Origin: Octopus sinensis
Lineage: Eukaryota
Assembly: GCF_006345805.1 (NCBI RefSeq)
Contig: NC_042997.1
Location: 38,068,001-38,132,000, forward strand
Length of the DNA stretch: 64,000 nucleotides
Direction: 5' to 3'
Made by a program: the position numbers and the translations under genes
Shown: positions 1-12,641 of the stretch, in pieces
Layout of the letters: every line of letters starts with the position of its first letter
Numbering within the stretch: position 1 is the stretch's first letter
Notes under the pieces: model-generated
Databases searched by the model: none
The model's input: the letters and a program-made list of their open reading frames with translations, nothing else
What the model was told of the DNA's origin: nothing

Positions 1-289
1 TTAGAAATGTGTTACCAGTAGGAGACTCTAGATTCCACGGTCCGTTACCCTACATTCCACGGTCTGATGCATCATTTAATATTCATCAATATAGTATATT
101 TTATTGTTTTTCATTAGTTCTCAAAGCCAAATTTCCGTGCCACTGCTGGGAAAGATTTAGGGTTCATACTTTCTCAGTGCTTATTTCTTCGTGGAAGCGT
201 TTTAGAGTTACCTCTTCTAAGAGTAAAATTAAACAGCACAGGCCAGAATGGAGGGGTGTTAACATGCAAGGTTAGTTGTTTTAATCAAC

Positions 290-692
290 TCTCTTTACTC
301 TTTTACTCTTTTACTTGTTTCAGTCATTTGACTGCGGCCATGCTGGAGCACCGCCTTTAGTCGAGCAAATCGACCCCGGGACTTATTCTTTGTAAGCCCA
401 GTACTTATTGTATCGGTCTCTTTTTGCCGAACCGCTAAGTGACGGGGACGTAAATACACCAGCATCGGTTGTCAAGCAATGCGAGGGGGACAAACACAGA
501 CACACACACCTATATATATACATATATACGACAGGCTTCTTACAGTTTCCGTCTACCAAATCCACTCACAAGGCATTGGTCGGCCCGGGGCTATAGCAGA
601 AGACACTTGCCCAAGATGCCACGCAGTGGGACTGAACCCGGAAACATGTGGTTGGTTAGCAAGCTACTTACCACACAGCCACTCCTGCGCCT
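290..692 (-). mobile_element. tRNA-derived SINE family A (Octopus OK/OR-like)
   Basis: Reverse complement of the copies at 21051, 32888 and 41129. It has a tRNA-like head (GGCGCAGGAGTGGCTGTGTGGTAAG...GGTTCAGTCCC), an internal TA/TG microsatellite and a (TAAAAGAG)n tail. Confidence 0.9.
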
Positions 693-1059
693 ATAAACTG
701 AATATTATTAAAAGAGATATCTTTTGCATTCTTGAAACCTCATTTCAAAAACTACCAAAATTGAATGTTTTATAGTAAAAGATGATCTAGGAATTTTAAA
801 CAGGCTATATTTGTAGCAATATTAATATAATGCCGTTTGTATTTTAAGACGGGGAAAATAGAAAGAAGTTGTATTTTTTTTTTTTTGAAGAAATAGATAA
901 AGTAGTTAATATGAAAGTATCAATTTGTATTGATAATATATATTTGAAAACGCTAAATATTAACTATTCCTAGTAATACTGAACGGTGTATTGCATTTCT
1001 CTAAACTCTCTATCCCAAATATATTGCACATACATTTTATTGCATTTACTTCATTTATT

Positions 1060-1442
1060 TGTTTCAGTCATTTGACTGTGGCCATGCTGGAGCACCGCGT
1101 TTAGTCGACTTATTCTTTGTAAGCCCAGTACTTATTCTATCGGTCTCTTTTGCCGAACCGCTAAGAAAACGGGGACATAAACACACCAGCATCGGTTGTC
1201 AAGCAATGTTGGGAGGGGAGGACAAACGCAACACACAAACATACACATATATATATATATATATATATACATATATACGACGGGCTTCTTTCAGTTTCCG
1301 TCTACCAAATCCACTCACAAGGCTTTGGTCGGCCCGAGGCTATAGTAGAAGACATTTGCCCAAAAATGCCACGCAATGGAATTGAACCCGGAACCATGTG
1401 ATTCGTAAGCAAGCTACTTATCACACAGCCACTCCTACGCCT
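1060..1442 (-). mobile_element. tRNA-derived SINE family A
   Basis: Same head, body and GACTGAAAC tail as the other family A copies; slightly more diverged. Confidence 0.9.
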
Positions 1443-4400
1443 ACATTCTTGAAACATATTAAACCAGTTATATTTTGCAATGACATTATTCATAGATGCG
1501 TCTTTTGCATATAAAACAAGCCAGTATCAAAGAGATTCATTCCTACACAATATTAGTCATGGTGTAGTTCAAGTTAAACTAAGTAGCGTAATTTTCAGTC
1601 ATCAATTGTTACAGTTAACCAACGTTCAAGCAATTAGAATAGTAGACTCTTTGCACTCTGAAGGACTAGGATGGTTTTATGCGTTATCTGATTGTTCAAC
1701 GTCCATACTTGGTACTAATGTGCCGTGAAGCTATGTAGTGACGCCTAGATTGAACTGTGCATCAGAGAAACATCAGTCGTCCTTTTATTAAATTACATGT
1801 GAGTAGCAGCTTTAGAAAAATGCAAAAGCTTATAGTTCTGAAACGGTAGATACGACTGGTATAGAACTGTTGATTTCACTGTATCCTGAAACATTGTTTA
1901 CTCAACCCATACAGGGACATTTGACAGTCTAATAATAGGTCACTTTCAGAAAAATAGGTTTCTGCCTGTAATGATGAACCTACACATATATTCGCTATCT
2001 TATTTGCGAATAACTGGTGCACCACTTTACTCTTAATATCCCCACGCGATTTAATTATTTTCCATTAAACCTACTGTAAAACAAATAATCAGTGCGGTAT
2101 TTCATCATTTACTCTACTAATTCAGACCAATAAACGGACACGGTGGAGATAATTGCACACTAATAAATTTGACTTTCTATTAAATATCTATTTAGTGACT
2201 ATAGCGTCTCCTAATGTTGTAAATGATGTAGCCGTTCTTTCGACTTACTGACTAAACTCAAACAGAATTATTAATGATATATATTTACTGATTACAAGAT
2301 TTACTTAGTTTCTTAAAAATCAATCTTTAGAACAGTGTAAGCATGTATATCATGGCAAAATCCAAAGCTAGCTATAGTAAATTTTAGATGAATATAATAC
2401 TACTAAAAGTATAAGATGTAACCATACATATTTCTATTCCTATATGCTATAATGTAAACCAAATATCTGAAAATCTTTCAATGAATTACCTGTCGGCCGG
2501 GTAACATATATCAGTTTAATATTTGTCATTTTCATTTGATTTATTAGTATTAATACTTTCATATATAGCCAAGTAGAAATTCGTTTTCTGAATCCAATAT
2601 TTGATGAGAGAAAGTGGTGTGTAATTGATACATGGGTTTAGAAAAGATATCGTAATTATATACCATAAATATATCTGATCATTGATTTATTCTACGGATA
2701 TTGTACGGGTTTACATGATTGGATGTCATACAGCTAGATCCTTTCACTAGTATATCTACCTAGAAGTTGATATCTTTACTTCACATTTCTCCGCAATGAA
2801 TTTACGACAGCAAAGTGAGAATAAAGTCGAAAGGGAACTAATTATAAGGATTTATTAATTTATATTTTCATTTTCTAACGAATAAATATGAACTATTTAT
2901 GATGTAAAAGTCATGGCAATGGTTTCACAGAGATTATTCTAACACTTTTTACAAGTCAAAAGCCAATTGGTCGATTTGATAATACGATAAGAGTTTCTAC
3001 AAACACTGAAATATCTCCTTTATCATTTGCTGAAAGAAAATTTTCTGGGAACGACAATTCCGTATCAACATATAAAGGAGAACCAGAATAGAAAATGCCA
3101 CATGCACATACTCTTTTAGAGAGTCAAATAATATTGATCGATATATTTACCGATAAAGAAAGAAATCCTTTGTTGCTCGATATAGTTAAACAGAACATAG
3201 TCCATAAGTCCACTGAATACAGCAAAGTCAATATTTATACGACCGTTGATATAGGCATCTCATATATGATAAAGGATAATGATGAAAGTGTTATAATTGA
3301 TTATTTCAATCCAGATAACAAATGCGGATTTGGAGAACATGGCTGAAGACCTTATCTTCCGCAAACAGGCTAACACGAGTTCAAATTATAAAATTTCCGT
3401 TTATAACGTATAAGCTTACACTCAGTACAATTTATTAAGCATGCCTAAAAATTGGCAAAGGTGAAGGTAATAGAATACAATTAAATATTCATTTTCAAAA
3501 CGACTAGTGATTAGTGGTGACAGGTGTTAGATGGGACTTGTTTTCAATTATTGATATATCAGATTTAGCAATCCTACACATATTCTAGTATAATTCGACT
3601 CTGTAATTCGAATTTTATGATAAAAGAGAACAACTGAAACAAATAGTGAATCAATAATTCTTCCTTGCCTTGAATACACACAAGCAATTTCAATATATAT
3701 TGCTACATCACTTATAGAAGCAGGTAGTCAACTAAATTTCTTGGTGCTCCGGAAAGAAGCGGCTTAAACGTCTACTGACAACAAACTTGCCAAAATGTGA
3801 TACGAAACAAGACACTTCTTCCGATAGAAACATCAGTAATTGCTTCAACATTTCTCTCTAGTTAATGAACAATACTCCCGCCTTTAAGTGCGGTTAGTTC
3901 TAAGCGGACACCTAAATTGAGGTATACCACTAACGATTCCTAAAAGCCAGTTAATCACCATAATCAGTTTAGTTGCCATAGATAAAATAACTATGACTAT
4001 CAGGAAGCTATTTCAGAAAATGTATGATATATGATGATACATGATGTGATGCTCGTTAAGCTAGAAGATACTTTTGTGGAATTTAGCTTCCCAGCAAAAG
4101 GTACTATGACCTCCTACCTGGGTGGGTTCAGTACCAGTCACCAGAAAACAATTCCACTGAATTATATTCATAAATAGACTGCTGGTTAATAAGACCTGGG
4201 TAAGAAGTCATCGTTATGCAGGAACAGATCTAAAAGGCTTTATTCTTTAGAAATATGTAGATATGTATATATATATATGCATATATACAAGTGTGTGAGT
4301 GTATATGTGTGTGTGTGTGTGTGTGTAATGAAAGGTAATCTTGATTTCTAACTTAACGTGGAGATTGTGTTAGAACACAGAATACTGCACTGTTTTCCTT

Positions 4401-4751
4401 CAGGGGACTCGTTTTGCATAAAAAATCACGGAGTTATATCGTTGACAGGTCAGACGACGTGGTCACTTGATATGACCCTGCGATTGCTTTCTACAGTAAT
4501 ACGCGTTAAGCAGCATGATAACTGGCCAATTTACTATCAACGATATACTCAATTTCAACGTGTTAATGTGGAGGACATCTGCCACTGGGGAACCCAGAGC
4601 AGGGTTAAATAACCTGATCTGGGTGATCCAGTGGCCGTAGCTGACAATTCCCATCTGTCAAGAATATAATTATAAGTGCTTTTATGTATCACGAGTCCTT
4701 ATGAAATTTTCCCTTGTGGTAAATAATGCAGTATTATGTGTTCTAACACAA

Positions 4752-4906
4752 CCTATATATATATATGTATGTATGTATGTATGTAAGTATGTATGTGTAT
4801 ATATATATATATATATATAATATATATATATATGTACACACACACAAATATATATATGTATATATATATATATATATTATATATATATGTACACACACAC
4901 AAATTA

Positions 4907-4958
<52 letters not shown>

Positions 4959-5038
4959 TATGTGTGAATATATATATATGTGTGCGTGTATATATATAAG
5001 AAAGACAGACAGACAGACATACGCACATACATACACAC

Positions 5039-5075
<37 letters not shown>

Positions 5076-5100
5076 CGCGTACATATACACACATATATAT
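4752..5100. repeat. Compound (TA)n/(TATG)n/(CA)n microsatellite
   Basis: Directly visible; explains the Y/I-rich ORFs at 4743-5145. Confidence 0.95.
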
Positions 5101-6915
5101 CCCATAATGAAAACATATGTGCTGATTTCTAAGCTAAGGCAATAAACAGTTTTCGGTTACAGATGTTATTGAGTGCAATATAAAAATACATATTTTCTTG
5201 GTTGAGAAACCCTTAGTCACTAATATGTTTTGAAATAGTTTTACTATAACTTCTCAGTTTCAGCTTCATAATCTGTATCATTTTGAAGACAGTGTCCTTG
5301 TTTTGTTTCTTTTCGATAGTATTTATCTCTACTCATTTCGAAAACTCTAGTGTGGCACCCATAAATGTCTTCCCAAGGGACTGCATGCGCTTTTTCATGT
5401 TGATAGGAAACAATACCTCATTTCGATGTACTCCTGTATAACTGTAACTCTTCGTACTTTGTATCAATTCATTACAACTTCTCTTCATTTATATAAGTTA
5501 TTGCAGAAGACTATAACTTTATACTAAAATACGATAAATTCTTACAGCGGCTTTAATGAGATTTGAGTCGACGTAAGTGGCTCGGCTTGTTAGTTGAAAT
5601 CGAAATCGGTGAGTGAACTTTGTCGCCTGTTGCATAACTTCTGCATTACAATAATTTCTACCATCGCTATCACTCATCTCCCTCACTTTTATGACAAAAG
5701 ATGCTATCAACCAACCCCCACCTATAAGATCTATAAACAATGACCTTCCTTCTTATGAACGATCATACAACCTTAAGCGCTCTTTCATTATACTATTGTA
5801 TCATCACTCATAATTTATACACACAACGATTTATTAATATCATTAACCTAAGCGACATCATTTATTTAAAGTGAATAGAAATGCTTCACTCTGAGCATAA
5901 TAGTGTTTTATATAAAGCTAATCTTATCTTTGTTTGATCACTATTTCCAGACAACTCCTAGAATTGTCCTTTATTCCCGGGTTAGATGTTATGTTCTTAT
6001 ATACGTAGACGACTTTCAACTTTGAATGAGATTCATGATACCGTTTAATTTATAACCTAAATCCGCGATTCATGGTGTGTTGTTTTATATGATTGCCATC
6101 TTCCAGATATATTATTGTTACCAATCTACATTCCACTGCAAAGATATTATCTTTTTCGGTTTCTTATTATCTTTTGATTAGATTCTTCTAGATACGCATT
6201 GCATACCTCTTTACGCATATAGCAGCAATTATATATGCTCTTTAATTCTTTAACACGTTTCGGCCATCACGATCATGGCTGTCCTAGAGAATTGGCTAAT
6301 ATAAATCACTACTTTTATAGATTGTCAATACACTTGCATAGAAACGAGCATACAAATATTCCTCAAAAATATAAGCATTGATATAAACTTAAATAGTATT
6401 AATGTAAAATTCAGACAGTCATACACGAGTGTCAAGCGTTAATGTCTGTGTGCTGTGCTGGTACTGACTTAAGACAAACATACATAGAGGTTAATCAAAA
6501 TAACTACAGATATGGCATTTGGTATATATTAATTTAAATCCCAGTTCATTAAACAGCTTATTTACAAGCTTTAAGTTGATACAAAAGAAGAAACATATTA
6601 CACCGTAAATACATTTATCATGAAATACTTGATGGCTCATATATATTACAACTGCGCCATATACAAAGCGGATATATATGGGTATAAACAGCCCTGACTT
6701 CAAACTACAAACCGAAATAAATGCATTGACGGGCGGACCCACATACATGCGGGGGAATAATATAATCTCTAATCTCTAAAACTTATTTCCTTCTTGTAAA
6801 TGGTTCTTCAAAAACTATCTATATATACAATACACATATAAGAGGGATGACCACTATGTGGACATCCATTATGCTAGAAATAGATCCGTTACGTCTTACC
6901 ACTCAGAAAGGAATG

Positions 6916-6984
6916 TTAGATAGATAGATAGATAGATAGATAAATGGATGCGTGGCGTTCATTGATACAATAATATATATATAT

Positions 6985-7048
<64 letters not shown>

Positions 7049-7126
7049 ATGCGTGTGTGTGTGTGTGCATCAGCATGGGTGCAGCTCTGAGCTGAAACTA
7101 GAGAAAAAAAATATATGTATATATAT

Positions 7127-7222
<96 letters not shown>

Positions 7223-7546
7223 ATATACATATATATATGTATATATATATGCATAAATGGGTACAGGACATTTTAAAACGTAAACAACAGGAAATACGAA
7301 ATACGAAAACATGGGATACGAACGTTTTTTTGTAAACAACGAAAGACACAAATAGAAAGCAAGACAAGTAACATAAAGAACGACGCTTCATCAGTTGTTC
7401 GCTGCTTATCTACTCCAGATTTCGAGGAATTACGACAAGATGTGTCTTCGAGAAAACAGTTGAAAAGCAAAATGAAATTTGGGATTTGCGGAGGGTCAAA
7501 TTGATAACAAAACAGGACAGGACAGCAACCGTTTTCTCGGAGACAC

Positions 7547-7630
<84 letters not shown>

Positions 7631-7660
7631 TATATACATATATATATACATACATACATA
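6916..7660. repeat. Microsatellite cluster (TAGA)n, (TA)n, (TG)n with a short unique insert at about 7255-7545
   Basis: Directly visible. Confidence 0.9.
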
Positions 7661-8539
7661 CGTAAGAGAAGCTATAAATAATGGCCATTACATATTTTCT
7701 TTTATTAGACCAAATTCCGCTTACAGTTGTTTCCAGGTTTTATTAGAGGTACGTTATTGTTAGGTCTATTCGACTGGTCTGTTGATCAGCTTAGGAAATT
7801 TGAACTACCCCCCAAAAATTGATATTACATTTATCAGAGCCATTTCTGATTATAACGAAGCAGAGCACTGAAGGAATGGCACGTGCATGGGGTAGGGAGG
7901 AAAGATGGTCAGATGCAAGCAGAATAGATGAAAAGAGGAAGAAAGTTTACAAAGGTGTAGAGGGAAAGAAGGAAAGGATAAAAGAAGGAGACACTTAACA
8001 GAAGGAGAGCGATAGGATGGCCGAAATTTGTTAAACGGACAGTCATAAAACATTAATGTTTGTAATCAGGTCAACACATATTAACATATTTGCATTGATT
8101 TTAGGTTAAATTTCCTCTATACGTTGTCTTCAAATTTAATATAGGCCATTTGCACTCCTGATCAACTTAAGCTCTTAATATTTGGTTATTGGTGCTATGA
8201 AGAATGGTAGAGGAATTGTATTAGAAAATAGATGAAATATCAGTAGTAATCATATTGTAGTAATCATATAGACGGTCAAAAAGAATGATTAACTAGGATA
8301 TAAAATACTGATAGACTGAAAGGTGTGTGGTTGAAATGGGACAAAGTTAGGTTCACTTGTTTAAATACAAATAACATTAGATGCTACATATGGTTTCAAA
8401 CTATATCTGTTATAATAGCTTTAAATTTTAAACCATTAAATAACTGACGGGTTATGTTTTGAAAGAAGTTTAAAATTTCTAACTCTAGTATTAAAGCAAA
8501 CTAAAGATTAAAGGTATTAAAATAATCTTATGAAATAAT

Positions 8540-8782
8540 AGGTGATGCTAAAACGATAATAATGATGATGATGATGATTACGACTACAGGAACGGCATCA
8601 ATATCAATACAAATAATAATAATAATAACAACAACAACAATGATAATAATAATAACAATAATAACAATAATAGTAATAATAATAATAATAATCATAATCA
8701 TAATAACAACAACAACAATAATAATGAAATAATAATAATAATAATCATAATAATCATAATAATAATAACAATAATAATAATA

Positions 8783-8836
<54 letters not shown>
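8540..8836. repeat. (AAT)n/(AAC)n trinucleotide array
   Basis: Directly visible; source of the poly-I/Y ORF. Confidence 0.95.
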
Positions 8837-8837
<1 letters not shown>

Positions 8838-9019
8838 CCCTGATGCAATACGAAGCAGTGGCTCTCATGGCTTCCGATCTTATCTGATTGGAAGTGTTAT
8901 CATGTACATTGTTTTGTCTTGGTATAAAAGATGGGCTACAGCAAATATTCTGCTCAATACCAGAGATTTGCTTGTCAGTTGTTTGATATTAACCAGTTGA
9001 ATATGTCTCTTAGTGGCTG
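8837..9019 (+). mobile_element. 5' part of unclassified (TAA)n-flanked repeat, here called element X
   Basis: Alignable by eye to 9420-9574 (GCCCTGATGCA...CAGCAAATATTCTGCTCAATACCA). Confidence 0.75.
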
Positions 9020-9339
9020 GAGAAACTCTCAAAATACAAAGACCTGGAAATAGAGGTAACTAGAATGTGGAATCTGAAAACAGAAACAATTCCCATCATA
9101 GTAGGTGCATTAGGCATGATAAAAAAATATTCAGACAAATACATAACAAAAACACCAGGACTTACAAACACATATAACATACAGAAAATTGCACTACTAG
9201 GCACTGCACACATCCTACGCAGAACACTTTCCATACAATAACCATCAGAGCATCACAACAAATCACAGCACATACCCAAGGCACACAGAGCTGCGCTCGG
9301 TATTGAAGTGAAAGCACGCTATAAAAATAAAACTACTGA
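9018..9339 (+). mobile_element. 3' fragment of R4/Dong retrotransposon (end of RLE domain plus 3' UTR)
   Basis: Near-identical to the reverse complement of about 49660-49978; encodes EKLSKYKDLEIEVTRMW...ALLGTAHILRRTLSIQ*; followed by (TAA)n. Confidence 0.93.
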
Positions 9340-9662
9340 ATAATAATGATAATAATAATAATAAAAATAATGAAGATAGTGATGATGATGATGATTGATG
9401 ATGATGATGATCTCCATATGCCCTGATGCAGTACCAGGTGGTAGCCCACATAACGTCTGATCTTAACTGATTGGAATTGTTATTATGTACGTTGTTTTGT
9501 CTTTGTGTGAAAGATGGACAACAGCAAATATTCTGCTCAATACCACAGATTTGTTTGCCATTTGTTGGACCTTAATTATTTATTTAGTTAGTTAGTTAAT
9601 TTGGCTCAAAAGTAAATAGCAATGCCATGTAGGGGGACATGGAGTTAAGTACAGGGTGGTGT

Positions 9663-12538
9663 TCATGTAAAGAGTTCAGGCCACTTGAGGTCCAGGGAGG
9701 CTTTGAACAAAGCGGTCGTCGGCATCTTCACCATCTCGTCTGGCAGCTTGTTCCACGGATCCGCAACCCGGACGGAGAAAGCTCCTCTCCTTCGATTGAG
9801 ATGAAATCGTCGCAGGTAGAGCTTTTCGGAATGACCCCGCAGCCGACGCTCCGGAGCAGGAGTGAAGAACACTCTTTCGAGAGGTTACGCTTCCCGCTTA
9901 TGATTTGTGGGCGAGAATGAGATCACCACGGCGGCGGCGTTTTTCAAGAGAACAAAGGTCGAGCGTCCTCAGCCTTTCTTCGTAGGACAAATTTTTGAGA
10001 CCATGAACATGCGGGTAGCCAGCCTCTGGACTCTTTCGAGGTACTGTATGTCTTTGAGGAGATAAGGAGAAGAGGCTTGAATCCCATACTCCAATATGGG
10101 TCTCACCAGCGTGACATAGAGTGGCAGGAATATGGCTGCTGTGAGCATTCCGAATGACCGTCGAAGCAAAAACAGAATTCCGCGCGCTTTGTTGGCAGCA
10201 TGGACGCACTGGGCCGAAGGCGAAAAGGAGGAATCCACCAAGATACCCAGGTCCTTTACCTGATCGGTACTCTCCAGCAGCAGACGACCTGGCTCGAAAT
10301 CAAGTTGAGTTGCAGGAGTAGAGCCGACAGGCAGATGACAGCACTTTGACACGTTCTGACACAGGTCCCAATCGTTAGACCACTTCCAAATTTGGTGGAG
10401 GCATCGACGAAGATCCTCTATACTACCGCGAGGAGCGACCAGTTTGATATCGTCGGCAAATAGAAGGGTGTGTTGCGTGAGGTCGTCGGGCAAGTCATTT
10501 ATGAAGACTAAGACAACAAGGGCCCAAGCACTGAACCTTGAGGCACGCCACTGCTCGCACTGGAGACGTCGGACCGCGAACCATTAACTTGAACTTGGAA
10601 GGAGCGATCTGAGAGGAAGGCACCAACCCATCGTACAATATCCGGATGGAAACTATATGCTTGAAGCTTGACAAGTAGTAGGCGGTGGTTTACCGAGTCA
10701 AAAGCTTTGGCAAAGTCCAATAAAACGATGTCAACAGCATCACTATCATCGAGGATGCGCGTCACCAATTCTTCCATTACTAGTAAGTTGGTCAAGCATG
10801 ATCTCTTCGGCACGAAGCCGTGTTGGGAATCAGTGATCGAGGCTGTGTTTAGGAGGTGGAGCATCATACTTTTCTTAAGGATGGTTTCGAACATCTTGCT
10901 GATTATTGATGTAAGGGAACCCGTCGGTAGTTAAGCGGGTCTTCGCGGCTCCCTTTCTTGAAAATTGGGCAGATTATCGCTGTTCTCCAGTCTGCAGGTA
11001 TAACACCCGTCGCCAATGACATATTGAATAGTCGTGTTAAGGGCTCGCAGATGACCGGAGCCAACGCTTTGATAACCCGTGGGTGTATGCCGTCAGGGCT
11101 GTGACCCTTGTTGACATCGAGGCCTTGAATAACCCGTTTGACTTGGTCCCGCGTGATGATCAATCGAAGCATTGGAGGTACCGATCTATCAAATGGAGGG
11201 GGTTCACGACCATCATCTTGTTTGAAAATAGTTGAAAAAGCCTCGGCAAATAATTGACTCTGTTGATAAGGGTCCTCAATCGATACGCCTGTTGAGTCTA
11301 CCAACGTTGCAATCTGGTTGTTCAAGCGGGAATTCCGCTGGACATGGGCAAAGAAGGTTTTTGGATTGCTACTGGCATTTGCCGCGATTTTGTATTCATA
11401 ACTGAAGCGTTCTTTCTTTTCAATTTTCACGGCTCGGTCTCGTTGAGTTTTGTACACCTCAAAAGCTGCAGTCGAATCCAGATTTTTGAATTCAGCCCAA
11501 GCAATATCTCTGAGTCGACGTTCTCGTTTAACCTTCTTCGTCACCCAGGGCTTGTGTTTCTTCCTCTTGGGAAGTCCAACGGGAACTGCCTGGTCAGTCA
11601 AACAGATTACATATGCTTTGAGGGATGACCATAGTTCGTCAACTGAGGACAACGTCATCAGGGAACGCCAGTCCAGAAGCGCGGAAGCCTCGGTTAGAAT
11701 TTCAAGATTAATTGCAGAGAAGACTCTACGTGGCAGCGAAGTAATCGTGGGCGTGGAAAAAGTTGTGTGCATGACGAACTTCAGGACCGCATGATCACTC
11801 TTGGCAAGAGGGGCGCACACAGATACGTCTGACACTGATCTTGGGGAGAATACCAGATCTAGCATAGATGCTGCTGCCCAGACCGATGCCTTGTCGGATA
11901 TTCAACATGTTGCGATAGAAACAATCTTCAGCCACGTCAAGAAGGGCCTGGCCGAACCGGGAAGATGTTGTACAAATTGATGCGGGCCAATCGATCGTGG
12001 GAGCGTTGAAGTCGCCTAGTACCAAGCAGTCATGCGAAGCTGAAACGAATCTTATCGCTTCGAGTAGATGAGCATCGTCCTGGGGGTCGGCTAGAGGCGG
12101 CCTGTAGACAGCCAACACGGGCAGGCAAAACTCAGATAGGCTCAGCTTGCAATAGACGGCATCGAATTTGGTTGTAGGTTGAGCATTTGTGGGTAGAATA
12201 CCGCAGGACGGTTTGTGCTCAGACTTAACATACACAGCAACACCTCCACCTCGCCTTTTTCCTCTGTCACATCTGAAAAGGACGTAGCCCTGCAGGTGGA
12301 TCTCTGAGTCCTTTACTGCTGGAGTCAGCCATGTCTCGGTGATAGCTATCACATCAGGGGAGTCGCGTAGGGCCAGTGTAAATAGTTCACTGAACTTTGG
12401 GAATAAGGAGCACGAGTTGGTGTAGACGATGCTGAGCTGTGAAGTCTGAGGGGCGGGAGTTGGGGAACAAGCAGAATAAAGGGCATCAGAGATAGCATCG
12501 TTGACGGGGGTATCAACTTCACTTCGATTTGCCCTCAC
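9663..12538 (-). pseudogene. CR1 ORF2 (APE endonuclease plus reverse transcriptase), split over about five frames
   Basis: ORFs 11795-12538 (APE), 10903-11865, 10508-10894 (RT), 9969-10493 (FADD), 9898-10209 and 9663-9872 are collinear with CR1 ORF2. Confidence 0.9.
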
Positions 12539-12641
12539 ATCACTTTCCCTGTCAGCACTACAGCATGGGACCAGAGGTAGGACTTGATTATCTGTCCATC
12601 TTGGATTCGTAAACCCTTCTCTCCCATTTGTTTCCTCATCT

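Noticed and set aside
9-275. GPLPYI...HR resembling mononegaviral L capping motifs, and IGKGEGN at about 3450 resembling a methyltransferase loop
   Set aside because: GxxT is absent, spacings do not fit L proteins and intervening DNA is not coding-like; too weak to name.
383-775. Recurrent short ORFs such as MLGGQTQTH...PLLRL and MFIERKHLKLHEAP...
   Set aside because: Chance frames within SINE families A and B.
4743-5145. Y/I/C/V-rich ORFs here and at 6916-7763, 23126-24248, 34225-34761, 40443-40713, 46401-46848 and 54503-56124
   Set aside because: Translations of (TA)n, (TG)n and (TAGA)n microsatellites, which lack stops in some frames.
5549-5573. Possible 25-nt micro-exon (TTCTTACAG ... 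GTAAGT)
   Set aside because: Splice-like words are common by chance; no supporting neighbouring exons.
8528-8848. Poly-I/Y/T/V ORFs here and at 14097-14490, 49257-49736 and 53559-53765
   Set aside because: Trinucleotide arrays.
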